From NCBI RefSeq assembly GCF_009914755.1, contig NC_060939.1: DNA of 64,000 bases; one strand, 5' to 3'. A model generated the notes under the pieces. The model ran no database searches and had not been told where the DNA came from. It saw only the letters and a program-made list of their open reading frames with translations. The position numbers and the translations under genes are program-made. Below are positions 1 through 15,800 of this stretch, in pieces; the stretch's first letter is position 1, and the number at the start of each line of letters is the position of its first letter. The stretch is from the human T2T-CHM13v2.0 reference genome, Homo sapiens.

Positions 1-3000
1 AAAATATTAAAGTACATCAAATATAGATTATATACCGTACATAAAATATCAAAGTACCCAAAGCATGTATTATATACTGTACATGAAAGATGAAAGTACA
101 TCAAATATATATTTTATTCTGTACATAAAATATCATAGTACACCAGATATATATTTTATCGTGTACATAAAATATCAAAATACCCAAACTATACATTATA
201 TACTGTACATAAAATATGAAATTACATCAAATATATATTATATTAGGTACATAAAATTTGAAAGTACATCAAATATAGATTATATACTGTACATAATATA
301 TCAAAGTATCCCAAATATATATTATATACTGTACATGAAATATGAAAGTTCACAAACTATATACTATATACTGTACATAAAATATCAAAGTACCCAAGGT
401 ACATATTCTATACCGTACAAAAAATATCAAAGTACCCAAAGCATGTATTATATACTGTACATAAAATATGAAAGTACATCAAATATATATTTTATTCTGT
501 ACATAAAATATCAAAGTACACCAGATATATATTTTATAGTGTACATAAAATATCAAAGTACCCAAAGTATACATTATATACTGTACATAAAATATGAAAT
601 TACATCAAATATATATTATATTAGGTACGTAAAATATGAAAGTACATCCAATATAGATTATATACTGTACATAAAATATCAAAGTACCCCAAATATATAT
701 TATATACTGTACATGAAATATCAAACTACAAAGACTATATATTATATACTGTACATAAAACATCAAAGTACCCAAGGTATATATTCTATACTGTACAAAT
801 ATATCAAAGTACCCAAAGCATGTATTATATACTGTACATAAAATATGAAAGTACATCAAATATATATTTTATTCTATACATAAAATATCAAAGTACACAA
901 GATATATATTTTATCGTGTACATAAAAAATCAAAGTACAAAAACTATACATTATATACTGTACATTAAATATGAAATTACATCAAATATATATTAGGTAC
1001 GTAAAATATGAAGGTACATCAAATATAGATTATATACTGTACATAAAATATCAAAGTAGCCCAAATATATATTATATAATGTACATGAAATATCAAACTT
1101 AACAAACTATATATTATATACTGTACATAAAATATCAAAGTACCCAAAGTATATATTCTATACTGTACAAAAAATACCAAAGTACCCAAAGCATGTATTA
1201 TATACTGTACATAAAATATGAAAGTACATCAAATATATATTTTATTCTGTACATAAAATATCAAAGTACACCAGATATATATTTTATAGTGCATATAAAA
1301 TATCAAAGTACCCAAAGTATACATTATATACTGTACATAAAATATGAAATTACATCAAATATATATTATATTAGTTACATAAAATATGAAAGTACATCAA
1401 ATATAGATTATATACTGTACATAAAATATCAAAGTAACCCAAATATATATTATATACTGTACATGAAATATCAAAGTTCACAATCTATATATTATATACT
1501 TTAAATAAAATATCAAAGTACCCAAGGTATATATTCTAGGCTGTACAAAAAATATCAAAGTACCCAAAGCATGTATTATATACTGTACATAAAATATGAA
1601 AGTACGTCAAATATATATTTTATTCTGTATATAAAATATCAAAGTACACCAGATATATATTTTATAGTGTACATAAAATATCAAAGTACCCAAACTATAC
1701 ATTATATACTGTAGCTAAAATATGAAATTACATCAAATATATATTAGAATAGGTACATAAAATATGAAAGTACATCAAATATAGATTATATACTGTACAT
1801 AAAATATCAAAGTACCCCAAATATATATTTTATACTGTACATGAAATATCAAAGTTCACAAACTATATATTATATACTGCACATAAAATATCAAAGTACC
1901 CAAGGTATATATTCTATACTGTACAAATAATATCAAAGTACCCAAATTATGTATTATATACTGTACATAAAATATGAAAGTACATGAAATATATTTTATT
2001 CTGTACAAATAATATCAAAGTACACCAAATATATATTCTATACTGTACATAAAATATCAAAGTACCCAAACTATACATTATATACTGTACATAAAATATG
2101 AAATTACATCAAATATATATTATATTAGGTACATAAAATATGAAAGTACATCAAATATAGATTATATACTGTACATAAAATATCAAAGTACCCCAAATAT
2201 ATATTATATACTGTACATGAAATATCAAATTTCACAAACTATATATTATATACTGTACATAAAATATCAAAGTACTCAAGGTATATATTCTACACTGTAC
2301 AAAAAATATCAAAGTACACAAAGCATGTATTATATACTGTACATAAAATATGAAAGTACATGAAATATATATTTTATTCTGTACAAAAAATATCAAAGTA
2401 CACCAAATATATATTCTATACTGTACATAAAATATCAAAGTACCCAAACAAAACATTACATACTGTATATAAAATATGAAATTACATCAAATATATATTA
2501 TATTAGGTACATAAAATATGAAAGTACATCAAATATAGATTATATACTGTACATAAAATATCAAATTACACCAAATATATATTATATACTGTACATGAAA
2601 TATCAAAGTTCACAAACTATATATTATATACTGTACATAAAATATGAATGTACCCAAGGTATATATTCTATACTGTACAAAAAATATCAAAGTACCCAAA
2701 CCATGTATTATATACTGTACATAAAATATGAAAGTACATAAAATGTATATTTTAATCTGTAGAAGAAATATAAAAGTACACCAAATATATATTCTATAGT
2801 GTACATAAAATTAAAAAGTACCCAAACTATACATTATATACTGTACATAAAATATGAAATTACGTCAAAAATATATTAGGTACGTAAAATATGAAAGTAC
2901 ATCAAATATAAATTATATACCGTACATAAAATATCAAAGTACCCCAAATATATATTATAAACTGTACATGAAATATCAAAGTTCACAAACTATATATTAT

Positions 3001-6000
3001 ATACTGTACATAAAATATCAAAATACCCAAGGTATATATTCTATACTGTACAAAAAATATCAAAGTACCCAAAGCATGTATTATATACTGTACATAAAAT
3101 ATGAAAGTACATCAAATATATATTTTATTCTGTACAAAAAATATCAAAGTACACCAAATATGTATTCTATACTGTACATAAAATATCAAAGTACCCAAAG
3201 CATGTATTATATACTGTACATAAAATATGAAACTACATCAAAAATATATTATATTAGGTACAAAAAATATGAAAGTACATCAAATATAGATTATATACTG
3301 TACATAAAATCTCAAAGTACCCCAAATATATATTATATACTCTACATGAAATATCAAAGTTCACAAACTATATATTTTATACTGTACATAAAATATCAAT
3401 GTACCCAAGGTATATATTCTATACGGTACAAAAAATATCAAAGTACCCAAAGCATGTATTATATACTGTACATAAAATATGAAAGTACATCAAATATATA
3501 TTTTATTCTGTACATAAAATATCAAAGTACCCTTACTATACATTATATACTGTACATAAAATATGAAATTACATCAAATATATATTATATTAGGTACATA
3601 AAATATGAAAGTACATCCAATATAGATTATATACTGTACATAAAATATCAAAGTACCCCAAATATATATTATATACTGTACATGAAATATCAAAGTTCAG
3701 AAACTATATATTATATACTGTACATAAAATATCAAAGTACCCAAGCACATCAAATATAGATTATATACCGTATATAAAATATCAAAGTACCCTAAATATA
3801 TATTATATACTGTACATGAAATATCAAAGTTCACAAACTATATATTTTATACTGTACATAAAATATCAATGTACCCAAGGTATATATTCTATACGGTACA
3901 AAAAATATCATAGTACCCAAAGCATGTATTATATACTGTACATAAAATATGAAAGTACATCAAATATATATTTTATTCTGTACATAAAATATCAAAGTAC
4001 ACCAAATATATATTCTATAGTGTACATAAAATATCAAAGTACCCAAACTATACATTATATACTGTACATAAAATATGAAATTACATCAAAAAAATATTAG
4101 GTACGTAAAATATGAAAGTACATCAAATATAGATTATATACCTTACATAAAATATCAAAGTACCCCAAATATATATTATATACTGTACATGAAATATCAA
4201 AGTTCAGAAACTATATATTATATACTGTACATAAAATATCAAACTACCCAAGTACATCAAATATAGATTATATACCGTACATAAAATATCAAAGTACCCT
4301 AAATATATATTATATACTGTACATGAAATATCAAAGTTCACAAACTATATATTATATACTGTACATAAAATATCAATGTACCAAGGTATATATTCTATAC
4401 TGTACAAAAAATATCAAAGTTCCCAAAGCATGTGTTATATACTGTACATAAAATATGAAAGTACATCAAATATATATTTTATTCTGTACAAAAAATATCA
4501 AAGTACACCAAATATATATTCTACAGTGTACATAAAATATCGAAGTACCCAAACTATACATTATATACTGTACATAAAATATGAAATGACATCAAATATA
4601 TATTATATTAGGTACATAAAATATGAAAGTACATTAAATATAGATTATATACTGTACATAAAATACCAAAGTACCCGAAATGTATATTTTATACTGTACA
4701 TGAAATATCAAAGTTCACAACTATATATTATATACTGTACATAAAATATCAAAATACCCAAGGTATATATTCTATACTGTACAAAAAATATCAAAGTACC
4801 CAAAGCATGTATTATATACTGTACATAAGATACGAAAGTACATCAAAAATATATTTTATTCTTTACATAATATATCAAAGTACATGAAATATATATTCCA
4901 TAGTGTACATAAAATATCAAAGTACCCAAACTATACATTATATACTGTACATAAAATATGAAATTACATCCAATATATATTATATTAGGTACATAAAATA
5001 TGAAAGTACATCAAATATAGATTATATACTGTACATAAAATACCAAAGTACCCCAAATATATATTTTATACTGTACATGAAATATCAAAGTTCACAAACT
5101 ATATATTATATACTCTACATAAAATATCAATGTACCCAAGGTATATATTCTATGCTGTACAAAAAATATCAAAGTACCCAAAGCATGTATTATATACTGT
5201 ACATAAAATATGAAAGTACATCAAATATATATTTTATTCTGTACATAAAATATCAAAGTACACGAAATATATATTCTATACTGTACATAAAATATCAAAG
5301 TACCCAAACTATACATTATATACTGTACATAAAATATGAAATTACATCAAACATATATTATATTAGGTACATAAAATATGAAAGTACATCAAATATAGAT
5401 TATATACTGTACATAAAATACCAAAGTACCCCAAATATATTTTATACTGTACATGAAATAACAAAGTTCACAAACTATATATTATATACTGTCCATAAAA
5501 TATCAAAGTACCCAAGGTATATATTCTATACTGTACAAAAAATATCAAAGTACCCAAAGCATGTATTATATGCTGTACAAAAAATATGAAGGTACATCAA
5601 ATATATATTTTCTTCTGTACATAAAATATCAAAGTACACCAAATATATATTGTATATTGTACATAAAATATCAAAGTACCCAAACTATACATTATATACT
5701 GTACATAAAATATGAAATTACATCAAAAATATATTAGGTACGTAAAATATGACAGTACGTCAAATATAGATTATATACCTTACATAAAATATCAAAGTAC
5801 CCCAAATGTATATTTTATACTGTACATGAAATATCAAAGTTCACAAAATATATATTATATACTGTACATAAAATATCAAAGTACCCAAGTATATATTCTA
5901 TACTGTACAAAAAATATCAAAGTACCCAAACATGTATTATATACTGTACATAAGATATGAAAGTACATCAAATATATATTTTATTCTGTACATAAAATAT

Positions 6001-9000
6001 CAAAGTACACGAAATATATATTCTATAGTTTACATACAATATCAAAGTACCCAAAATATACATTATATACTGTACATAAAATATGAAATTACATCATATA
6101 TATATTATATTAGGTACATAAAATATGAAAGTACATCAAATATAGATTATATACTGTACACAAAATATCAAAGTACCCCAAATATATATTATATGCTTTA
6201 CATGAAATATCAAAGTTCACTAACTATATATTATATACTGTACATAAAATATCAATGTACCCAAGGTATATATTCTATACTGTACAAAAAATATCAAAGT
6301 ACCCAAAGCATGTATTATATACTGTACATAAAATATGAAATTACATCAAATGTATATTTTATTCTGTAAATAAAATATCAAACTATACCAAATATATATT
6401 CTATAGTGTACATAAAATACCAAAGTACCCAAACTATACATTATATACTGTAGATAATATATGAAATTACATCAAATATATTTATATTAGGTACATAAAA
6501 TATGAAAGTACATCGAATATAGATTATATACCGTACATAAAATATCAAAGTACCCCAAATATATATTATATACTGTACATGAAATATCAAAGTTCACAAA
6601 CTATATATTATGTACTGTACATAAAATATCAAAGTAACCAAGGTATATATTCTATACTGTACAAAAAATATCAAAGTACCCAAAGCATGTATTATATAGT
6701 GTATATAAAATATGAAAGTACATCAAATATATATTTTATTCTGTACAAAAAATATCAAAGTACACCAAATACATATTCTATAGCGTACATAAAATATCAA
6801 ATTACCCAAACTATACATTATATACTGTACATAAAATATGAAATTACATCAAAAATATATTATATTAGGTACGTAAAATATGAAAGTACTTCAAAGATAG
6901 ATTATATACCTTACATAAAATATCAAAGTACCCCAAATATATATTATATACTGTACATGAAATATCAAATTTCACAAACTACGTATTATATACTGTACAT
7001 AAAATAACAAAGTACCCAAGGTATATATTCTATACTTTACAAAAAATATCAAATTACCCAAAGCATGTATTATATACTGTACATAAAATATGAAAGTATA
7101 TCAAATATATATTTTATTCTGTACATAAAATATCAAAGTACCCTTACTATACATTATATACTTTACATAAAATATGAAATTACATCAAATATATATTATA
7201 TTAGGTACATAAAATATGAAAGTACATCCAATATAGATTATATACTGTACATAAAATATCAAAGTACCCCAAATATATATTATATACTGTACATGAAATA
7301 TCAAAGTTCGGAAACTATATATTATATACTGTACATAAAATATCAAAGTACCCAAGTACATCAAATATAGATTATATACCGTATATAAAATATCAAAGTA
7401 CCCTAAATATATATTATATACTGTACATGAAATATCAAAGTTCACAAACTATATATTTTATACTGTACATAAAATATCAATGTACCCAAGGTATATATTC
7501 TATATGGTACAAAAAATATCATAGTACCCAAAGCATGTATTATATACTGTACATAAAATATGAAAGTACATCAAATATATATTTTATTCTGTACATAAAA
7601 TATCAAAGTACACCAAATATATATTCTATAGTGTACATAAAATATCAAAGTACCCAAACTATACATTATATACTGTACATAAAATATGAAATTACATCAA
7701 AAAAATATTAGGTACGTAAAATATGAAAGTACATCAAATATAGATTATATACCTTACATAAAATATCAAAGTACCCCAAATATATATTATATACTGTACA
7801 TGAAATATCAAAGTTCACAAACTATATATTATATACTGTACATAAAATATCAAAGTACCCAAGGTATATATTCTATACTGTACAAAAAATATCAAAGTAC
7901 CCAAAGCATGTATTATATACTGTACATAAGATATGAAAGTACATCAAATATATATTTTATTCTGTACATAATATATCAAATTACATGAAATATATATTCC
8001 ATAGTGTACATAAAATATAAAAGTACCCAAACTCTACATTATATACTGTACATAAAATATGAAATTACATCAAATATATATTATATTAGGTACATAAAAT
8101 ATGAAAGTACATCAAATATAGATTATATACTGTACATAAAATACCAAAGTACCCCAAATATGTATTTTATACTGTACATGAAATATCAAAGTTCACAAAC
8201 TATATATTATATACTCTACATAAAATATCAAAGTACCCAAGGTATATATTCTATACTGTAAAAAAAATATCAAAGTACCCAAAGCATGTATTATATACTG
8301 TAAATAAAATATGAAAGTACATCAAATATATATTTTATTCTGTACATAAAATATCAAAGTACACCAAATATATATTCTATAGTGTACATAAAATATCAAA
8401 GTACCCAAACTATAGATTACATACTGCACATAAAATATGAAATTACATCAAAAATATATTAGGTACATAAAATATGAAAGTACATCAAATATAGATTATA
8501 TACATTACATAAAATATCAAAGTACCCCAAATATATATTATATACTATACATGAAATATCAAAGTTCACAAACTATATATTATATACTGTGCATAAAATA
8601 TCAAAGTACCCATGGTATATACTCTATACTGTACAAAAAATATCAAAGTACCCAAAGCATGTATTATATACTGTACATAAAATATGAAAGTACATCAAAT
8701 ATATATTTTATTCTGTACATAAAATATCAAAGTACACGAAATATATATTCTATACTGTACATAAAATATCAAAGTACCCAAACTATACATTATATACAGT
8801 ACATAAAAGATGAAATTACATCAAAAATATATTATATTAGGTACATAAAATATGAAAGTACATCAAATATAGATTATATACTGTCCATAAAATATCAAAG
8901 TACCCCAAATATATATTATATACTCTACATGAAATATCAAATTTCACAAACTATATATTATATACTGTACATAAAATATCAAAGTACCCATGGTATATAT

Positions 9001-9800
9001 TCTATACGGTACAAAAAATATCAAAGTACCCAAAGCATGTATTATATACTGTACATAAAAAATGAAATTACATCAAATATATATTTTATTCTGTACATAA
9101 AATATCAAAGTACACCAAATATATATTCTATAGTGTACAAAAAATATCAAAGTACCCAAACTATACATTATATACTGTACAAAAAATATGAAATTACATC
9201 AAATATATATTATATTAGGAACATAAAAGATGAAAGTACATCAAATATAGATTATATACTGTACATTAAGTACCAAAGGACCCCAAATATATATTTTATA
9301 CTGTACATGAAATATCAAAGTTCACAAACTATATATTATATACTGTACATAAAATATCAAAGTACCCAAGGTATATATTCTATACTGTACAAAAAATATC
9401 AAATTACCCAAAGCATGTATTATAAACTGTACATAAAATATGAAAGTACATCAAATATATATTTTATTCTGTACATAAAATATCAAAGTACACCAAATAT
9501 ATATTCTATAGTGTACATAAAATATCAAAGTACCCAAACTATACATTATATACTGTACATAAAATATGAAATTACATCAAATATATATTATATTAGGTAC
9601 ATAAAATATGAAAGTACATCAAATATAGATTATATACTGTACATAAAATATCAAAGTTCCCCAAATATATATTATATACTCTACATGAAATATCAAAGTT
9701 CACAAACTATATATTATATACTGTACATAAAATATCAAAGTACCCAAGGTATATATTCTATACTGCACAAAAAATATCAAAGTACCCAAAGCATGTAGTA
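1..9800 (+). repeat. More divergent left sub-domain of the array
   Basis: By eye there are more private substitutions and small indels here. M8 reads CCAGATATATATTTTAT before about 1.7 kb and mostly ACACCAAAT from about 2.0 to 9.5 kb. The M9 variant TAACAAAGTACACAAACTATAAAT is not seen until 9901. Confidence 0.7.
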
Positions 9801-12800
9801 TATACTGTATCTAAAATATGAAAGTACATCAAATATATATTTTATTCTGTACATAAAATATCAAAGTACACCAGATATATATTCTATAGTGTACATAAAA
9901 TAACAAAGTACACAAACTATAAATTATATACTGTACATAAAATATGAAATTACATCAAATATATACTAGGTACATAAAATATGAAAGTACATCAAATATA
10001 GATTATATACTGTACATAAAATATCAATGTACCCCAAATATATATTTTATACTCTACATGAAATATGAAAGTTCACAAACCATATATTATATACTGTACA
10101 TAAAATGTCAAAGTACCCAAGGTATATATTCTATACTGTACAGAAAATATCAAAGTACCCAAAGCATGTATTATATACTGTACATAAAATATGAAACAGC
10201 ATCAAATATATATTTTATTCTGTACAAAAAATATCAAAGTACACCAGACATATATTCTATAGTGTACATAAAATATCAAAGTACCCAAACTATACATTAT
10301 ATACTGTACATAAAATATGAGATTACATCAAATATATATTATATTAGGTACATAAAATATGAAAGTACATCAAATATAGATTATATACTGTACATAAAAT
10401 ATCAAAGTACCCCAAATATATATTATATACTCTACAGGAAATATCAAAGTTCACACACTATATATTATATACTGTACATAAAATATCAAAGTACCCAAGG
10501 TATATATTCTATACTGTACAAAAAATATCAAAGTACCCAAAGCATGTATTATATTCTGTATATAAAATATGAAATTACATCAAATATATATTTTATTCTG
10601 TACATAAAATATCAAATTACACCAGATATATATTCTATAGTGTACATAAAATAACAAAGTACACAAACTATAAATTATATACTGTACATAAAATATGAAA
10701 TTACATCAAATATATATTAGGTACATAAAATATGATAGTAAATAAAATATAGATTATATACTGTACATATAATATCAATGTACCCCAAATATATATTTTA
10801 TTCTCTACATGAAATATCAAAGTTCACAAACCATATATTAAATACTGTACAAAAAATATCAAAGTACCCAAGGTATATATTCTATACTGTACAAAAAATA
10901 TCAAAGTACCCAAAGCATGTATTATATACTGTACATAAAATATGAAAGTACATCAAATATATATTTTATTCTGTACATAAAATGTCAAAGTACACCAGAT
11001 ATATATTCTATAGTGTACATAAAATATCAAAGTACCCAAACTATAAATTATATACTCTACATAAAATATGAAATTACATCAAATATATATTAGGTACATA
11101 AAATATGAAAGTACATCAAATATAGATTATATACTGTACATAAAATATCAATGTACCCCAAATATATATTTTATACTCTACATGAAATATCAAAGTTCAC
11201 AAACCATATATTATATACTGTACATAAAATATCAAAGTACACAAGGTATATATTCTATACTGTACAAAAAATATCAAAGTACCCAAAGCATGTATTATAT
11301 ACTGTACATAAAATATGAAAGTACATCAAATATATATTTTATTCTGTACATAAAATATCAAAGTACACCAGATATATATTCTATAGAGTACATAAAATAT
11401 CAAAGTACCCAAACTATACATTATATACTGTACATAAAATATGAAATTACATCAAATATATATTATATTAGGTACATAAAATATGAAAGTACATCAAATA
11501 TAGATTACATACTGTACATTAAATACCAAAGTACCCCAAATATATATTTTATGCTGTACATGAAATATCAAAGTTCACACACTATATATTATATACTGTA
11601 CATAAAATATCAAAGTACCCAAGGTATATATTCTATACTGTACAAAAAATATCAAAGTACCCAAAGCATGTATTATATACTGTACATAAAATATGAAAGT
11701 ACATCAAATATATATTTTATTCTGTACATAAAATATCAAAGTACACCAGATATATATTCTATAGAGTACATAAAATATCAAAGTACCCAAACTATACATT
11801 ATATACTGTACATAAAATATGAAATTACATCAAATATATATTATACTAGGTACATAAAATATGAAAGTACATGAAATATAGATTACATACTGTACATTAA
11901 ATACCAAAGTACCCCAAATATATATTTTATGCTGTACATGAAATATCAAAGTTCACACACTATATATTATATAGTGTACATAAAATATCAAAGTACCCAA
12001 GGTATGTATTCTATACTGTACAAAAAATATCAAAGTACCCAAAGCATGTATTATATACTGTACATAAAATATGAAAGTACATCAAATATATATTTTATTC
12101 TGAACATAAAATATCAAAGTACACCAGATATATATTCTGTAGTGTACATAAAATATCAAAGTACCCAAACTATACATTATATACTGTACATAAAATATGA
12201 AATTACATCAAATATATATTAGGTACATAAAATATGAAAGTACATCAAATATAGATTATATACTGTACATAAAATATCAAAGTACCCCAAATATATATTA
12301 TATACTCTACATGAAATATCAAAGTTCACAAACTATATATTATATACTGTACATAAAATATCAAAGTACCCAAGGTATATATTCTATACTGTACAAAAGA
12401 TATCAAAGTACCCAAATCATGTATTATATACTGTACATAAAATATGAAAGTACATCAAATATATATTTTATTCTGTACATAAAATATCAAAGTACACCAG
12501 GTATATATTCTATAGTGTACATAAAATAACAAAGTTCCCCAACCATACATTATATACTGTACATAAAATTTGAAATTACATCAAATATATATTATATTAG
12601 GTACATAAAATATGAAAGTACATCAAATATAGATTATACACTGTACATAAAATATCAAAGTACCCCAAATATATATTATATACTCTACATGAAATATCAA
12701 AGTTTGCAAACTATATATTATATACTGTACATAAAATAAAGTCTCCAAGGTATATATTCTATACTGTAGAAAAAATATCAAAGTACCCAAAGCATGTATT

Positions 12801-15800
12801 ATATACTGTATATAAAATATGAAAGTACATCCAATATATATTTTATTCTGTACATATAATATCAAAGTACACCAGATATATATTCTATAGTGTACATAAA
12901 ATAACAAAGTACACAAACTATAAATTATATACTGTACATAAAATATGAAATTACATCAAATATATATTAGGTACATAAAATATGAAAGTACATCAAATAT
13001 AGATTATATACTGTACATATATTATCAATGTACCCCAAATATGTATTTTATACTCTACATGAAATATCAAAGTTCTCAAACCATATATTATATACTGTAC
13101 ATAAAATATCAAAGTACCCAAGGTATATATTCTATACTGTACAAAAAATATCAAAGTACCCAAAGCAAGTTTTATATACTGTACATAAAATATGAAAGTA
13201 CATCAAATATATATTTTATTCTGTACATAAAATATCAAAGTACACCAGATATATATTCTATAGTGTACATAAAATATCAAAGTACCCAAACTATACATTA
13301 TACACTGTACATAAAATATGAAATTACATCAAATATATATTATATTAGGTACATAAAATATGAAAGTACATCAAATATAGATTATATACTGTACACTAAA
13401 TACCAAAGTAACCCAAATATATATTTTATACTGTACATGAAATATCAAAGTTCACAAACTATATATTATATACTGTACATAAAATATCAAAGTACCCAGC
13501 GTATATATTCTATACTGTACAAAAAATATCAAAGTACCCAAAGCATGTATTATATACTGTACCTAAAATATGAAATTACATCAAATATATATTTTATTCT
13601 GTACATAAAATATCAAAGTACACCAGATATATATTCTATAGTGTACATAAAATATCAAAGTACCCAAACTATACATTATATACTGTACATAAAATATGAA
13701 ATTACATCAAATATATATTATCTTAGGTACATAAAATATGAAAGTACATCAAATATAGATTATATACTGTACATAAAATATCAAAGTACCCCAAATATAT
13801 ATTATATACTCTACATGAAATATCAAAGTTCACAAACCATATATTATATACTGTACATAAAATAAAGTACCCAAGGTATATATTCTATACTCTAGAAAAA
13901 ATATCAAAGGACCCAAAGCATGTATTATATACTGTATATAAAATATGAAAGTACATAAAATATATATTTTATTCTGTACATAAAATATCAAAGTACACCA
14001 GATATATATTCTATAGTGTACATAAAATAACAAAGTACAAAAACTATAAATTATATACTGTACATAAAATATGAAATTACATCAAATATATATTAGGTAC
14101 TTAAAATATGAAAGTACATCAAATATAGATTATATACTCTACATAAAATATCAATGTACCCCAAATATATATTTTATACTATACATGAAATATCAAAGTT
14201 CACAAACCATATATTATATACTGTACATAAAATATCAAAGTACCCAAGGTATATGTTCTATACTGTACAAAAAATATCAAAGTACCCAAAGCATGTATTA
14301 TATACTGTACATAAAATATGAAAGTACATCAAATATATATTTTATTCCGTACATAAAATATCAAAGTACACCAGATATATATTCTATAGTGTACATAAAA
14401 TATCAAAGTACACAAACTATACATTATATACTGTACATAAAGTATGAAATTACATCAAATATATATATTATAACGTACACAAAATATGAAAGTACATCAA
14501 ATATAGATTATATACTGTACATTAAATACCAAAGAACCCCAAATATATATTATATACTCTACATGAAATATCAGAGTTCACAAACTATAGATTATATACT
14601 GTACATAAAATATCAAAGTACCCAAGGTATATATTCTATACTGTACAAAAAATATCAAAGTACCCAAAGCATGTATTATATACTGTATATAAAATATGAA
14701 TGTACATCAAATATATATTTTATTCTGTACATAAAATATCAAAGTACACCAGATATATATTCTATAGTGTACATAAAATAACAAAGTACAAAAACTATAA
14801 ATTATATACTGTACATAAAATATGAAATTACATCAAATATATATTAGGGACATAAAATATGATAGTACATCAAATATAGATTATATACTGTACATAAACT
14901 ATCAATGTACCCCAAATATATATTTTATACTCGACATGAAATATCAAAGTTCACAAACCATATAATATATACAGTACATAAAATATCAAAGTACCCAAGG
15001 TATATATTCTATACTGTACAAAAAATATCAAAGTACCCAAAGCATGTATTATATACTGTACATAAAATATGAAAGTACATCAAATATATATTTTATTCTG
15101 TACATAAAATATCAAAGTACACCAGATATATATTCTATAGTGTACATAAAATATCAAATTACACAAACTATACATTATATACTGTACATAAAATATGAAA
15201 TTACATCAAATATATATTATATTAGGTACATAAAATATGAAAGTACATCAAATATAGATTATATACTGTACATTAAATACCAAAGTACCCCAAATATATA
15301 TTTTATACTGTACATGAAATATCAAACTTCACAAACTATATATTATATACTGTACATATAATATCAAAGTACCCAAGGTATATATTCTATACTGTACAAA
15401 AAATATCAAAGTACCCAAAGCATGTATTATATACTGTACATAAAATATGAAAGTACATCAAATATATATTTTATTCTGTACATAAAATATCAAAGTACAC
15501 CAGATATATATTCTATAGTGTACATAAAATATCAAAGTACCCAAACTATACATTATATACTGTACATAAAATATGAAATTACATCAAATATATATTATAT
15601 TAGGTACATAAAATATGAAAGTACATCAAATATAGATTATATACTGTACATAAAATATCAAAGTACCCCAAATATATATTATATACTCTACATGAAATAT
15701 CAAAGTTCACAAACTATATATTATATACTGTACATAAAATATCAAAGTACCCAAGGTATATATTCTATAATGTACAAAAAATATCAAAGTACCCAAAGCG

